From: a virus
Taxonomy: Duplodnaviria > Caudoviricetes
Length of the DNA: 33,820 bases
Reading direction: 5' to 3' (one strand)
IMG/VR virus record: IMGVR_UViG_3300037419_003082
Span: 1-33,820 of that record
The notes under the pieces: model-generated
Told to the model about the DNA's origin: nothing
Database searches by the model: none
Seen by the model: the letters and a program-made list of their open reading frames with translations, nothing else
Program-made: the position numbers and the translations under genes
Part shown: positions 1 to 9,082 of the stretch, in pieces
Numbering within the stretch: the first letter of the stretch is position 1
Layout of the letters: each line of letters starts with the position of its first letter

Positions 1-1110
1 TCAATGAACGCAACCGGCTAGCTGACGCTGGCGCTCTAGAATGGCCGCGTTGATCGCTGTGGTGGCGCGATCGGCCGCCTTGCGCGTCGTGTCGATCTCC
101 AGCTTGGCCTTTTCCAGCTTCGCCAGCATCACGTCGCTCGGCGTCGGCGTCGGAGCTGGAGCGGGTGCCGGAGCCGGTGCTGGCGTCGGTGCAGGAGCCG
201 GCGTTGGCCTCGGGGCCGGCGCCGCGCGAAACTCCGCCAGCCACGTCTCGCGCTCGGCCGCGATCGCGGCGTCGGCGCAGCGAGGCAGCTTGAAGTTGCC
301 GATCGGCGGTCCCTCGGCCACGACATAGTCGGTCGACTGGTTGGCTTCCATCACGGCGCCCGCCGGCGTGGCGATGCGCGGCAGATACGGGCTGGCGATC
401 GACGCCCGGACCAGGTTGCGGCGCAGCGCCGGCGCAGCGCAGCCTTTGGCCCAGATCGCGTTCCAGATCGTGTCGAGAAGGCGGTTGTCGTCGATCGCGA
501 CATTGCGATGCCCGCCGAACTTGGCGTCGGAGAGGAAGATGCCCTGCACCCCCTGCTCCGGCTTAAGGTCGATCAGGTTGCGCGCGATCGTGAGGCCGTC
601 GCAGTCTTCGGTGGCGCCATTGTTCGAGTGCGCCTGGATGCAGTCAGCATGGTCGCCCGTCTTCGGCGCGAAGCTGCGGAACCAATTCTCGACGATACTC
701 AGCGCGCGCATCTGCTGGAAGATGATCGCGTCGACCTGGACATCGTGAAAATCGCAACCCTCGATTGCGACCCCTTCGCAGTTGATGCCGATCAGCCCCT
801 GGTTGACCGATCCGATGTCAGCGCCCTTGACCGCGATGTCGCGGCAGTTGCGAAGCGTCACGCCACGCCCGTTGAACCCGCCAGTGGCGCCGGGCTGGCC
901 GACGATCGTCAGCGCGATCGTCAGCTGTGCGCAGTCAGAGAGGGTGACCAGCGGCGTGAAGTAATCCGGCACCGCTGCCGGCGCGATGCGGCCGTGCAGG
1001 GTCAGCGGTCGTGCGACGTTCGACAAGCTCGCCTTCTCGATCATGTCGAGCTCGAGCTCGCTGGCGCCGGCCTTCAGCGCCGCGCTCAACTCTGCCTGAG
1101 TGCGGATCAT
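1..1110 (-). CDS. Right-handed beta-helix (pectate-lyase-like) protein with Pro/Ala/Thr linker and C-terminal helix; putative polysaccharide-binding/depolymerase protein
   Basis: 369 aa; repeated beta-helix rungs (VAIEGCDF, LSIVENWF, LTIARNLI, VAIDDNRL), HADCIQ motif, PAPAPTP linker, amphipathic C-terminal helix; ATGA overlap with the upstream gene. Confidence 0.75.
   Translation of the reverse strand: MIRTQAELSAALKAGASELELDMIEKASLSNVARPLTLHGRIAPAAVPDYFTPLVTLSDCAQLTIALTIVGQPGATGGFNGRGVTLRNCRDIAVKGADIGSVNQGLIGINCEGVAIEGCDFHDVQVDAIIFQQMRALSIVENWFRSFAPKTGDHADCIQAHSNNGATEDCDGLTIARNLIDLKPEQGVQGIFLSDAKFGGHRNVAIDDNRLLDTIWNAIWAKGCAAPALRRNLVRASIASPYLPRIATPAGAVMEANQSTDYVVAEGPPIGNFKLPRCADAAIAAERETWLAEFRAAPAPRPTPAPAPTPAPAPAPAPAPTPTPSDVMLAKLEKAKLEIDTTRKAADRATTAINAAILERQRQLAGCVH
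136..225 (-). repeat. Low-complexity coding repeat for the (PA/PT)n linker
   Basis: Encodes APAPRPTPAPAPTPAPAPAPAPAPTPTPS using degenerate codons. Confidence 0.8.
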
Positions 1111-3479
1111 ATGTCAGTCCTCTCGTAGGCACCCGCGGCGCCGTCCCCGTTGTTTTTCCTGGGCGCTCCGCCAAGGTCTTTGCCGAGCACCGCCTCGCCC
1201 GCCGGGACCATCCCCACGGCGGGGTTCGCGGCGCCGTTGGCGAGGTGGTAGTCTCCGAGGCCTGGTCCGCCGGTCGCGTTCGCGGACTTATTGTCGACGA
1301 ACGCCATGCTGACGTTGGTCTTGTCGCCGACGCCACCGTGCATGCCGAGCCACGCGCCGCCGGAAGGTCCCGCCACACCCCCGTCCGGATCAAAGGACAC
1401 GTCGCCACCTTTGTTCGACTTAAGGATGACGTTCCCTTTCGACATGCAGCGGTAGGCCGTGAAGTAGCCGCCAGTGCGTCCCGTCGGGTCGACGATCGTG
1501 CCGTCGAACGTGTCGGTCTTGGTGTTCGTGTTGTTGAAGTTGTTGAACAGGAGGATCGCCTCCTTGTTGAGACGAGCGGCCGCGGCGACATCGTTGTACG
1601 CCACGTTGAACCGTGCGCCGCCATCGCCGCCCGTCGCCGTCGGGCCGGGAATGGTATTCAGCTGGCAGTTGAAGTTCTCGAACTCATTGAGCTCACTATC
1701 GCCGCCGATCCGGAGGCACGAGCCGATGAACACAGGCTCGAACACGTTCTGGACCAGCGCTACGCCGCGCGGGCCGCCTGTGCGCGAGGCGTAGCAGCCG
1801 CCCGTCGTGCCGAGCTTCATGAACCGGTTGTTGTAGCAGATCGCGCCCTGAACGATGTCCGGGTTCGAGCCGAGGATATTCAGGCTCCAGTTGATGCCGG
1901 TGAAGAAGTTGGCGGTCATGACGGCCGCGGCGCAGGTACCGGTGCCAACGCCAGAGCAGCCGGCCACGAGAGCCAGGTGCGCGTTGTTGTTGAAGCTCTG
2001 CGAGATCGCCTTGTTGGCCGCCGTGCCCTGGATCGGCACGTTCAGCATGTACGCGGCGTTGATCTTGTAGTTCGGATAGGTCCCGGATGGCGTGACGGGG
2101 AACCCGTCGTAGATGACGAAGGAGTTGGCGTTCGAGTTGCCCCAGATGCCTGCGGCGCCAAAGTCCACCGGCACCCGGAACCGAATGCCCGACGCGATGT
2201 CGATGTTGGCGGTTGGCTGACTGATGCTGGCGGCGGCCGCATTGAGCGGATCCGCCTCGATCGTGCAGAAGCCGATGCCGCCAGTCCGCAACACCGTTGC
2301 GGTCATAACGTGCGCGTAAGCTGCGCCGGCATTGTCCATCAATCGGGCGCAGCCGCCGCCAATGTCGTTGTGCACGATCCGGCCAGCGCCAGGCGCCGCG
2401 TTGAACGCCTTGATCTTCGAAAGCGCGCCGTCGATCGTGGCGCATGGTGTGGCGCGAGCGGTAGCCGGATTGAGACTGGCCACGCCGGTCGCATCGACGC
2501 CGGTCTGTGCGTTCACATAGGCGTAGACGCCGCCATAGGTTCCGTCCCGGTCGGCGACAAAGCGCAGCGCTGCATCGGCGCGCGGGCTCGGGAACAGGAT
2601 GCCATTGGCCTCCATGCTCCATTTGGGGCCGACCCAGGGATAGACATTCAGGAACAGATTGCAGGCATCGCCAGGATTGAGGCCCGACGTGTCGATCGTA
2701 GCGCGCCAAACCTCCGGGCGTGCGGTCCCGGCGACCTGGCCATTGATGACGTCCGAGAGCACGGGCGCACCGACGATAACTTCCGGCGTGGTGTGGCCGC
2801 TGGCGTCCTTCGCATAGAAGCCGACCGCCGCCGCCTGCTGGCCACTGCGAGCGAACACGCTCTTTACGAGCGCCTCGACGGTCATGGTCGCGCCCACTGC
2901 TCGGCCAGCGTAGTCGAGCCAGCCTACCTGGGGCTCGTGATGCGCGCGGGTCGAGTTGTTGACGACGTTGGCGACGGCACCGCCGACTGACCCGGGGCCA
3001 TAGAAGCCATCGAGCGCGCGCACGCGAACTGGCCGACCAGCATAGGCGCATTGCTCGAGGCTGACGTAAATCTCGAGGTTCGGCCCAACCTGGCTCGCGA
3101 GACGCAACGTGTTCGACGGCGGGACGGAGCCCTGCACGAACTGGAGCCGCATCTGCTCGCCAGCCCGGAAGGTCCGGGTCGCGACCTTCTCGACGCCCGA
3201 TGCGTCGTTAAAGCCGGGGCTGTCTTCCTCGAAGATGATGTCCCGAGGCCGAAAGGTCTGGCTGACGCGGAACGGCGTCGTGATCTTCGCGACCCAACCT
3301 TTGCCCTTCGTACCCTGCTGCCCATCGCCGGCAGGATCAGGCACCCGCACGTCGCCCAGGATCTCGACACTGATGATTTCGGACAATGTGGGGCCCGGCG
3401 GCGGTGCACCGCCTGCTACCAGCCGGCGCAGGATCTCACGGCGGTCAGCAGTGTCACTCGACAGGCGAAAAACGGTCAC
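1107..3479 (-). CDS. Large virion fibre/spike-like protein with C-terminal beta-helix and DYHL...GAYE capping motif
   Basis: 790 aa, Gly/Asn/Ala/Thr-rich; short N-terminal helix followed by PPPGP; ATPCATIDGAL motif typical of beta-helix starts; ends GDYHLANGAANPAVG...DLGGAPR...GAYE. Confidence 0.65.
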   Translation of the reverse strand: MTVFRLSSDTADRREILRRLVAGGAPPPGPTLSEIISVEILGDVRVPDPAGDGQQGTKGKGWVAKITTPFRVSQTFRPRDIIFEEDSPGFNDASGVEKVATRTFRAGEQMRLQFVQGSVPPSNTLRLASQVGPNLEIYVSLEQCAYAGRPVRVRALDGFYGPGSVGGAVANVVNNSTRAHHEPQVGWLDYAGRAVGATMTVEALVKSVFARSGQQAAAVGFYAKDASGHTTPEVIVGAPVLSDVINGQVAGTARPEVWRATIDTSGLNPGDACNLFLNVYPWVGPKWSMEANGILFPSPRADAALRFVADRDGTYGGVYAYVNAQTGVDATGVASLNPATARATPCATIDGALSKIKAFNAAPGAGRIVHNDIGGGCARLMDNAGAAYAHVMTATVLRTGGIGFCTIEADPLNAAAASISQPTANIDIASGIRFRVPVDFGAAGIWGNSNANSFVIYDGFPVTPSGTYPNYKINAAYMLNVPIQGTAANKAISQSFNNNAHLALVAGCSGVGTGTCAAAVMTANFFTGINWSLNILGSNPDIVQGAICYNNRFMKLGTTGGCYASRTGGPRGVALVQNVFEPVFIGSCLRIGGDSELNEFENFNCQLNTIPGPTATGGDGGARFNVAYNDVAAAARLNKEAILLFNNFNNTNTKTDTFDGTIVDPTGRTGGYFTAYRCMSKGNVILKSNKGGDVSFDPDGGVAGPSGGAWLGMHGGVGDKTNVSMAFVDNKSANATGGPGLGDYHLANGAANPAVGMVPAGEAVLGKDLGGAPRKNNGDGAAGAYERTDI

Positions 3480-3796
3480 CTGCTAATGCGCCAATTGGCC
3501 GCGCCTGCGGTGATCGCAGTGCATTCGAAGCGATAGAGCACTCCGCTCTCGATCTCTTCGATCTCCTCGGTCGCTGGCCCGGTGAACGCGACTGCCTGGC
3601 CGCCGATCGTGCACGGTGCCCAGGTAGCGCCTCCATCGAAGCTGCGCGCCAGGCGCAGGGAGCCGGTGAATACGCCCGTGATCGCGATGTTCGCGCGGCC
3701 GACCACGCGAACCGCCGCCCCATCGCCGACGGCGTTAAACACGCCGTTATCGGCCTGATAGGCCAGCTCCTGGCCGCCCACTGTCAATTTGCCCAT
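3476..3796 (-). CDS. Small beta-sandwich protein with Asp-box (SFDGGATW); possible fibre/spike adaptor
   Basis: 106 aa, RBS-like GGGAGAG, GTGA overlap with the 790-aa gene; function inferred from context. Confidence 0.6.
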   Translation of the reverse strand: MGKLTVGGQELAYQADNGVFNAVGDGAAVRVVGRANIAITGVFTGSLRLARSFDGGATWAPCTIGGQAVAFTGPATEEIEEIESGVLYRFECTAITAGAANWRISR

Positions 3797-3820
3797 GGCT
3801 GCACTCTCCCTGCAATCGCG

Positions 3821-3849
3821 TTGAAAACCGGGTTACGTTGGCGTATGTG
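3821..3849 (+). promoter_or_regulatory. Sigma70-like promoter antisense to the late operon
   Basis: TTGAAA (3821-3826), 17-nt spacer, TATGTG (3844-3849). Confidence 0.55.
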
Positions 3850-3854
3850 ATGCG

Positions 3855-3955
3855 GACCGCACGGCGGACGCGCCGCGCTGCTCGATCCCTGGCGGTGGTG
3901 GGTCCAAGAGCAGCGAAGACCGTGTGAGGGGCCTCGGGAAACCGGGGCCCCTTTG
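3855..3955 (+). ncRNA. Candidate structured small RNA convergent with MuF
   Basis: Nested stems CGCACGG/CCGTGTG, CGCTGCTC/GAGCAGCG and GATCC/GGGTC, then a terminal 11-bp hairpin; the non-canonical pairs are G-U only on the + strand. Confidence 0.55.
3927..3955 (+). terminator. Intrinsic terminator-like hairpin
   Basis: AGGGGCCTCGG-GAAA-CCGGGGCCCCT (11 bp, GNRA loop, one G-U pair) with a short T tract, abutting the MuF stop codon. Confidence 0.6.
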
Positions 3956-5242
3956 CTATGCGCGGCGATAGGCAAGCACGCCTCCCCGCACCTGCGGCTT
4001 CGCGAGATAGTTGCTGCGACCAGGCTGAAACGCGCTGACGCCCTTCCAGCCGGCGGCGTTGATCTCGACGACGACCAGGTTGTTGTAAATTTGCGCGTCG
4101 ATTTCGAACCGAGCGATGTAGCGTCTGGTCAGGCGCCAGCGCGTGGTCCCGTCAACGTTCTTGGTCGGCTCCCACACAAACCAGATTTCGTCCGGCTGCT
4201 TCAGAGTCTCGGCATAGAGCAGGACGGCTTCCAGCCGCTTCGCGCCATCCAGCTTCAGCTTTTCGGGGCTCTCGATCCCGCCGCGATAGAAGAAGGCGCG
4301 CGAGACGGTCAGCGGCTCGCCCGTCACGTCGTGGTCCAGAACGGTCACGCCATCCGTTGGGCCGGTGAATTCGGCCATGAACGCCTCGATCGCGTCCTCG
4401 GACGGCGTCGATCGCGGCAGAAGGCGCGATGACGGCAGCTGGCGAGGCGTTGGCAGCGGCGGCAGATCGTCGACCTTGATGTGAGGCTCCGCGATCGGGC
4501 CAGTGCTGGGCGGCGGGGCGAGCCCAGTAAGGTGGCGCTTGCCGACATTGTAGGCGAAGCCGGGATCGATGCCGGCAGGAACCGAGATGATCTCGCCGTC
4601 GGCTTTTACGAAGCCGTGCGACGGGCCTTCGGGTGGCGGCTCTGAAACCGTCCACCCGCGCAAGCGCAGATCTCGCTCTGACAGCTGCGTCACGGTGCAC
4701 CGGCAATTCCACCCGCAGGGCGGGAAATGCGTGTTCCACCAGGGATGATCGACCGGGAGGATCGTGCCGTGCCAGGCGCGATGCAGCGGCCGCGTGCGGC
4801 CGTCCAAAATGGCCGAGTAACGGAGATAGGGCGCAACCTTCTTCAGCGCCTGGATGCGCTTCCACTTGCCTGCGGCGCGCGCCATGCGGAGGTTGGTGTT
4901 GTAGATCGTGCGCAAGCGGGCCGGACCGACAAACACCGGCCAGTCAACGCCTGTCAGGTCCGAGTTGTCGACCTTACCCCACCAGCCGGCGCGCTCCAGC
5001 TCGGGCCGGATTTGATCCTTCCACTGCTCGAACGTGCCGCCGTTAGCGATGACCTGGTCCAGAGAGGTCCGAACCTGTTCGAGCAGTCCGCGTTCCATCA
5101 TCTTCGCGACGGTGAAGGCGCGGGCGTGCTCCTCCTGCCAGAGGTCGGTCCAATGACGGCTGACCGGATAAGTGCCCTTCGACCGGAAGAACTCGACCGC
5201 GTCCTTCGGCTCCAGGCCGATGGTGGCGCGAATATCAGCCAT
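3956..5242 (-). CDS. Mu gpF-like head morphogenesis protein with C-terminal PBECR2-like (RelE/Barnase-fold) nuclease domain
   Basis: Start re-placed at MADIRA (overlaps portal stop); HARAFTVAK, RLRTIYNTN, DGRTRPLH, PPCGWNCRC and GIDPGFAYN motifs; C-terminal AETLKQPDEIW...RRYIARF...WKGVSAF...YL...RGGVLAYRR. Confidence 0.88.
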   Translation of the reverse strand: MADIRATIGLEPKDAVEFFRSKGTYPVSRHWTDLWQEEHARAFTVAKMMERGLLEQVRTSLDQVIANGGTFEQWKDQIRPELERAGWWGKVDNSDLTGVDWPVFVGPARLRTIYNTNLRMARAAGKWKRIQALKKVAPYLRYSAILDGRTRPLHRAWHGTILPVDHPWWNTHFPPCGWNCRCTVTQLSERDLRLRGWTVSEPPPEGPSHGFVKADGEIISVPAGIDPGFAYNVGKRHLTGLAPPPSTGPIAEPHIKVDDLPPLPTPRQLPSSRLLPRSTPSEDAIEAFMAEFTGPTDGVTVLDHDVTGEPLTVSRAFFYRGGIESPEKLKLDGAKRLEAVLLYAETLKQPDEIWFVWEPTKNVDGTTRWRLTRRYIARFEIDAQIYNNLVVVEINAAGWKGVSAFQPGRSNYLAKPQVRGGVLAYRRA

Positions 5243-6740
5243 CGAGCGTATCGGCGCCGGCCTCGGCCGCGATCCGGAGCGAGAAGCCGGCGCGGGCGAG
5301 TTGCTCGACGAGCTGGTCAACCTGCGACTGGTCGAGCGATTGGATCAGCTTCGATTCCAGCTCCTCGGGGCTGTTAGCGGCCTCGATTGCGGCGACGATC
5401 GGCATGATCATCGGGCCAAGCGGCGTCAGGCCCTGGTCAACCAGCTGGGCGGCGATCGCATCGACGATGTCGCCTTCCCCCTCTGCGAAGCTCGCGGCCG
5501 CGCGGCCATCGGCGTTGTCGTTGACCGGCTCGGCCGCGCGATCCTTTTTGCCGGCGCCGGCAAGTTGATCGGGCAGCTTGGCAGGCGGCGTGTAGTCGTA
5601 GCCGTCGCCATAAGTGTCGCGGAACGAGTCCTCGTTCCGACGCCAGCCCAGCTCGCTCAGCGTCTTGTCGGTTTCGGCCTGGACTTTCAGATCCTGCTCT
5701 TCTTCGACAATGCGCACGAAGCGCGGGCAGGCGACGTCGGGACCGTAGTTTAGATCGGTCCACCAGCGCGCGACGGTGGCATTGAAGCTGTCGCTCTGCG
5801 TGTCCGCGTCGGCCTTGATGACTTCCATCTTCACGCCGGCGTGAACCTTGCCCTGGGCGAGCGAGGAGCCGTCGTCGGTCGTCATTGTCTGGCTGAGCAC
5901 GATCTTTGAGATCGCCGCGTCCATGTAATGCGGCATCTTCTCGAAGTCGGGACCTGCATTCGCGACGTTCAGCAGCTCGATCGCGGCGCTATCAGGAATC
6001 GCGATGCCAGTGTCGTTGGCAACCGCCTGCAGCGCGGCCAACAGCTTCTCGATCTCCGGCAGGGCCGTGCCAGAGCGGTATTTGCCGACGGCGGTCGGCA
6101 CCGAGAACTTGTCGAGGAACTTGTTCCAGAAGCGCAGGCCGTTCCGCTTGAAGGTGACGGGCCAGTAGAGCCAGTCCGCCAGCCCCTCGCCATACCAGGC
6201 GTCGTCGTCCGTCGCCCCCGACGTCGCCACCCAGAACTTGCGATCGGGAACCGCTTCGCCCTGGGGCTTGCCGAGCGTGATCAGGCGGAGCTGCCCGTCG
6301 CTGGTGAAACGAAAGCGGCGGCCGTGGCGGACGCGCAGGCGAAAGTCGATCCGATCCCTTCCGGGGAGCCAGATGACCTCCGCGACCTGGTAGCCGTAGA
6401 AGGTCGCCCAGAGCATCTTCTTCTGGACTTCGTCGATCGAGGCAGCTTCCAGCACGAGCTTGAACGCGTCGGCCGCCTCAACTGCTCGCGGATCCTCGTC
6501 ATCGCCGGGCAGCACGTCCCAATCGCGCGAGACGACGGCAGCGATGCGCTGCTCCATGGTGGACTTGACCTGGTCGTCCTTGCGGATGCGGTCGTAGACA
6601 CCCCAATCCACGGCGCCGAGCAGGCGCGCGTCCTTCGGCTCTTCTAGACCGCGGGTGAACGGGCGCGTGATGTCCCGTCCGTCCGCGGTGCTCGCGAAGA
6701 CCTCCTTCAGATCGGCGGGAAGTTTCTTGGTGCTAGCCAT
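5235..6740 (-). CDS. Portal protein (Mu gp29 / DUF935)
   Basis: 501 aa; FYGYQVAEVIW, LYWPVTFKR, AISKIVLSQTMTT, GSSLAQGKVH; lies between terL and F. Confidence 0.93.
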   Translation of the reverse strand: MASTKKLPADLKEVFASTADGRDITRPFTRGLEEPKDARLLGAVDWGVYDRIRKDDQVKSTMEQRIAAVVSRDWDVLPGDDEDPRAVEAADAFKLVLEAASIDEVQKKMLWATFYGYQVAEVIWLPGRDRIDFRLRVRHGRRFRFTSDGQLRLITLGKPQGEAVPDRKFWVATSGATDDDAWYGEGLADWLYWPVTFKRNGLRFWNKFLDKFSVPTAVGKYRSGTALPEIEKLLAALQAVANDTGIAIPDSAAIELLNVANAGPDFEKMPHYMDAAISKIVLSQTMTTDDGSSLAQGKVHAGVKMEVIKADADTQSDSFNATVARWWTDLNYGPDVACPRFVRIVEEEQDLKVQAETDKTLSELGWRRNEDSFRDTYGDGYDYTPPAKLPDQLAGAGKKDRAAEPVNDNADGRAAASFAEGEGDIVDAIAAQLVDQGLTPLGPMIMPIVAAIEAANSPEELESKLIQSLDQSQVDQLVEQLARAGFSLRIAAEAGADTLDG

Positions 6741-8278
6741 CAGTAGAAGCCCATCGGATCAGAGCGCGGGCCGACAGTGCCGAAGCCGCGGGTGGTGAAC
6801 ACAGCCGTCTCGGCCGAGCTGGAGCGCTGGCCGGCGGAGTAGAATTCGAACGGGCCGGTATCTTCGTCGGCGGCAGCGCGGAGGTGCATCAACGCGATGG
6901 CGTTGTCGCCGTGGCGCTTGCCCTTGGCGCCGTCCACCTTCGACACTTTCGAGCGGTCCGGGATGCAGGGGACGCCGCGCACCAGCTTGATCATGCGCAA
7001 ATCGTCGAGCGTGCCTTCGTCGAGCGGGATCAGGAACGTTTCGTCCTCAATTCCGGCCCTCAGCTTGGGCATGAAGGCCAGATAGGTCTTTTCGCTGGCC
7101 ATGACGGCTTCGATCCGATCGAAGCCCCAACGCTGCTGCATCGCTTCTGCAAGGGCGCTGCCATTGCCGCGCGCGTCCATCTTGCCGCCGGCGAAGAGTG
7201 GCACGCGATCGATGATCCAGTTGAGCGCGAACTCCTGCTCCCGGAACGGGACGTTGCGCATTTCCAGGATAAATCGCGCGAGAAGCCGCAGCAGTTCGTC
7301 GTGCTGGCCGAACGCGATCGGCGACACGTCGCCTGAACGGGCAAAGTCCTGGCCGAAGAAGGTGCGCCGCGTGCGGTCGAAGTCGTCGATCAGCGGCTTG
7401 ACCAGCTGCTCCAGCTGCTCGCGCATCCAGTCTTCGCGGTAGCCGTCGGATTCGCGCTCGAACCCGTCAGGGCAGCGGATCCGCACAACCACCAGCTCGG
7501 GTCGCATCGCCCGCTCGATCGTGGCGCGGGCCAGATAGGTGCCGGAACCCCGGGCGGGGATCACATCCAGCTCTTCCTCGGCCGCCTCGCCATAGGTCTT
7601 GCGGAGATTGGCTTCCCACTCCGCCTCGGCCTCGGGTGACCAGCTGCGACCGGTGACCAAGCAAATGCGCTTGTAGAGGCCCTCGGCCAACGCCTCCTTC
7701 AGCGTGACGCGGTGAACGACGCCGGCGCGCTTGCCCGCGCGGATATCCTCGATCAGCGTGTTGAACGCGTTATCGGCGCCGTCGTGGGTGGAGATGACGA
7801 CGACCTTGCCGCCCCACATCAAGAGCGCCAGCGCCGCCTTCAGCAGCTCGTCCAGCTGATCGTGGAACGCCGCCTCGTCGATCAGCACCTTGCCCTGCTT
7901 GCCGCGCAGCGATCGCGGCTTTGAGGACAGGGCGACGATCGAATGGCCCGACGGGAAATCGATGCGGAAGGCCTTGATGCCGTCCTCGGAGCCGTCGTCG
8001 AACAGGAACTCGGACGGGGCGGTCGCGGCTTCGTTGAAGAGCTTCGCGAACGACGCTGCATAGTCGATGAACTCGCGCGTCATGTCCAAGTTGTAGGCGA
8101 TGTAGAAGAAGTCCATGCCGCCCTTGGCCGGCGCGGCCGTCAGCACGGCGTCGGCGGCGAAGCCATAAGTCAGACCGGTACGGCGGCTCTTCTCGCAGAC
8201 GTAGAGGTCGTTCGCGGCTGAAAGGCGCAGCGCCTCGGCCTGGTAGGGCAGCAGGACGTGGGGCAGCTCGCGAGTCAT
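6740..8278 (-). CDS. terL: Terminase large subunit (Mu gp28-like)
   Basis: Start at MTRELPHVLLPYQ; EKSRRTGLT Walker A, LRGKQGKVLIDEAAF Walker B, IST, GQDFARSGD nuclease motif, RHGD. Confidence 0.95.
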   Translation of the reverse strand: MTRELPHVLLPYQAEALRLSAANDLYVCEKSRRTGLTYGFAADAVLTAAPAKGGMDFFYIAYNLDMTREFIDYAASFAKLFNEAATAPSEFLFDDGSEDGIKAFRIDFPSGHSIVALSSKPRSLRGKQGKVLIDEAAFHDQLDELLKAALALLMWGGKVVVISTHDGADNAFNTLIEDIRAGKRAGVVHRVTLKEALAEGLYKRICLVTGRSWSPEAEAEWEANLRKTYGEAAEEELDVIPARGSGTYLARATIERAMRPELVVVRIRCPDGFERESDGYREDWMREQLEQLVKPLIDDFDRTRRTFFGQDFARSGDVSPIAFGQHDELLRLLARFILEMRNVPFREQEFALNWIIDRVPLFAGGKMDARGNGSALAEAMQQRWGFDRIEAVMASEKTYLAFMPKLRAGIEDETFLIPLDEGTLDDLRMIKLVRGVPCIPDRSKVSKVDGAKGKRHGDNAIALMHLRAAADEDTGPFEFYSAGQRSSSAETAVFTTRGFGTVGPRSDPMGFY

Positions 8279-8463
8279 CTGATGCCCGCTTCGGAGCACA
8301 GACGTTCTAGGAGACGGTCTGCATCGGCTCGCTGCTTGTCGAGGTGCAGGAGGATTTCCGGCGTTGCCGCTGCGCGAAAGTTCGGATGAAGGTCGCGAAC
8401 ATACCCCCACCGCAGGACGTTGATCACCAACACGACCTCTTCGAGCGTCAGCGCGACGTTCAT
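8275..8463 (-). CDS. Hypothetical protein (62 aa)
   Basis: ATGA overlaps at both ends. Confidence 0.55.
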   Translation of the reverse strand: MNVALTLEEVVLVINVLRWGYVRDLHPNFRAAATPEILLHLDKQRADADRLLERLCSEAGIR

Positions 8464-8702
8464 TCGGCCACCTCAATCTCGACGCGTCCGACCAGGTCGG
8501 ACGTGCGATAGAAAAAGTTCTTCGTCGGCGCGCCGTCGTGGTGCTGGACCAGGCGCACGAAGTCGCCGTCGATCGATACGAGCAGCTCGGTGACGGTGAG
8601 CCCGCAAGGGCCCGGCCCGAGCTGGAACAGCGCAGAGTCGGCGCGCGACCGCTGGCCGTCATGCCAGCGCGCCGGGATGCGGACGGAGCGTGCCGAGATC
8701 AT
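8460..8702 (-). CDS. Hypothetical protein (80 aa, MISARSVRIP...)
   Basis: ATGA overlaps at both ends; phage-like codon usage. Confidence 0.6.
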   Translation of the reverse strand: MISARSVRIPARWHDGQRSRADSALFQLGPGPCGLTVTELLVSIDGDFVRLVQHHDGAPTKNFFYRTSDLVGRVEIEVAE

Positions 8703-9082
8703 CGCCGCGCCCGCTTCCGCGGCTCGCGGAAGCTCTCCGCCGGGTCGAACCATTCGGGGCGGCCGGCGGCGATCTCGTCCAGGAAGAAGGTGACCGAGCC
8801 GAAGCCGGAGACGCCGTCTATCGAAACCAGGTCGAAGTTCGGCGTCTCCTGGCCGCGGCTGAGCGGGCGGCGGTGATTGGAGATCCGGAACAGCCAGCGC
8901 CGCCCCTGCTTGTCCAGGATGTGCAGATATTGCGACAGCGACCGGGCATTGCGGCTCTGCTCCAGCCGGAGGAATCGCAGCCCGGCGCCGCGCGCATGGT
9001 CGGCCGCGCGGAGCGCCAGCGCTTTCACGGCGCAAGGCGTTGCCTCTCCCTGGCCGATCACGAGGCGCAACGTGCGGCTCAC
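8699..9082 (-). CDS. Hypothetical protein (127 aa) with SQYLHI...FRISNH motif
   Basis: GTGA overlap with the terS stop; the S.Y...RISNH pattern recurs in small phage proteins. Confidence 0.6.
   Translation of the reverse strand: MSRTLRLVIGQGEATPCAVKALALRAADHARGAGLRFLRLEQSRNARSLSQYLHILDKQGRRWLFRISNHRRPLSRGQETPNFDLVSIDGVSGFGSVTFFLDEIAAGRPEWFDPAESFREPRKRARR

Noticed and set aside
136-225. Tandem repeat as CRISPR or VNTR
   Set aside because: Degenerate coding repeat of a Pro/Ala linker; no spacers or cas genes
1011-2990. 659-aa plus-strand ORF and similar long shadow ORFs (16549-18183, 28222-29382, 30881-31951, 23328-24305)
   Set aside because: Antisense or off-frame shadows of real high-GC genes; Arg/Ala/Val-rich with no motifs
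1-3479. Diversity-generating retroelement or invertible tail-fibre cassette
   Set aside because: No reverse transcriptase, invertase, TR/VR repeat pair or gix-like sites seen in the window
3784-3975. 63-aa ORF as MuF immunity protein
   Set aside because: Weak start, no RBS, atypical composition, and overlaps both neighbours; promoter and stem features explain the region better, though it is not formally excluded
6740-8662. 640-aa terminase with N-terminal extension
   Set aside because: The extension overlaps two better coupled ORFs; conserved TerL begins at 8278
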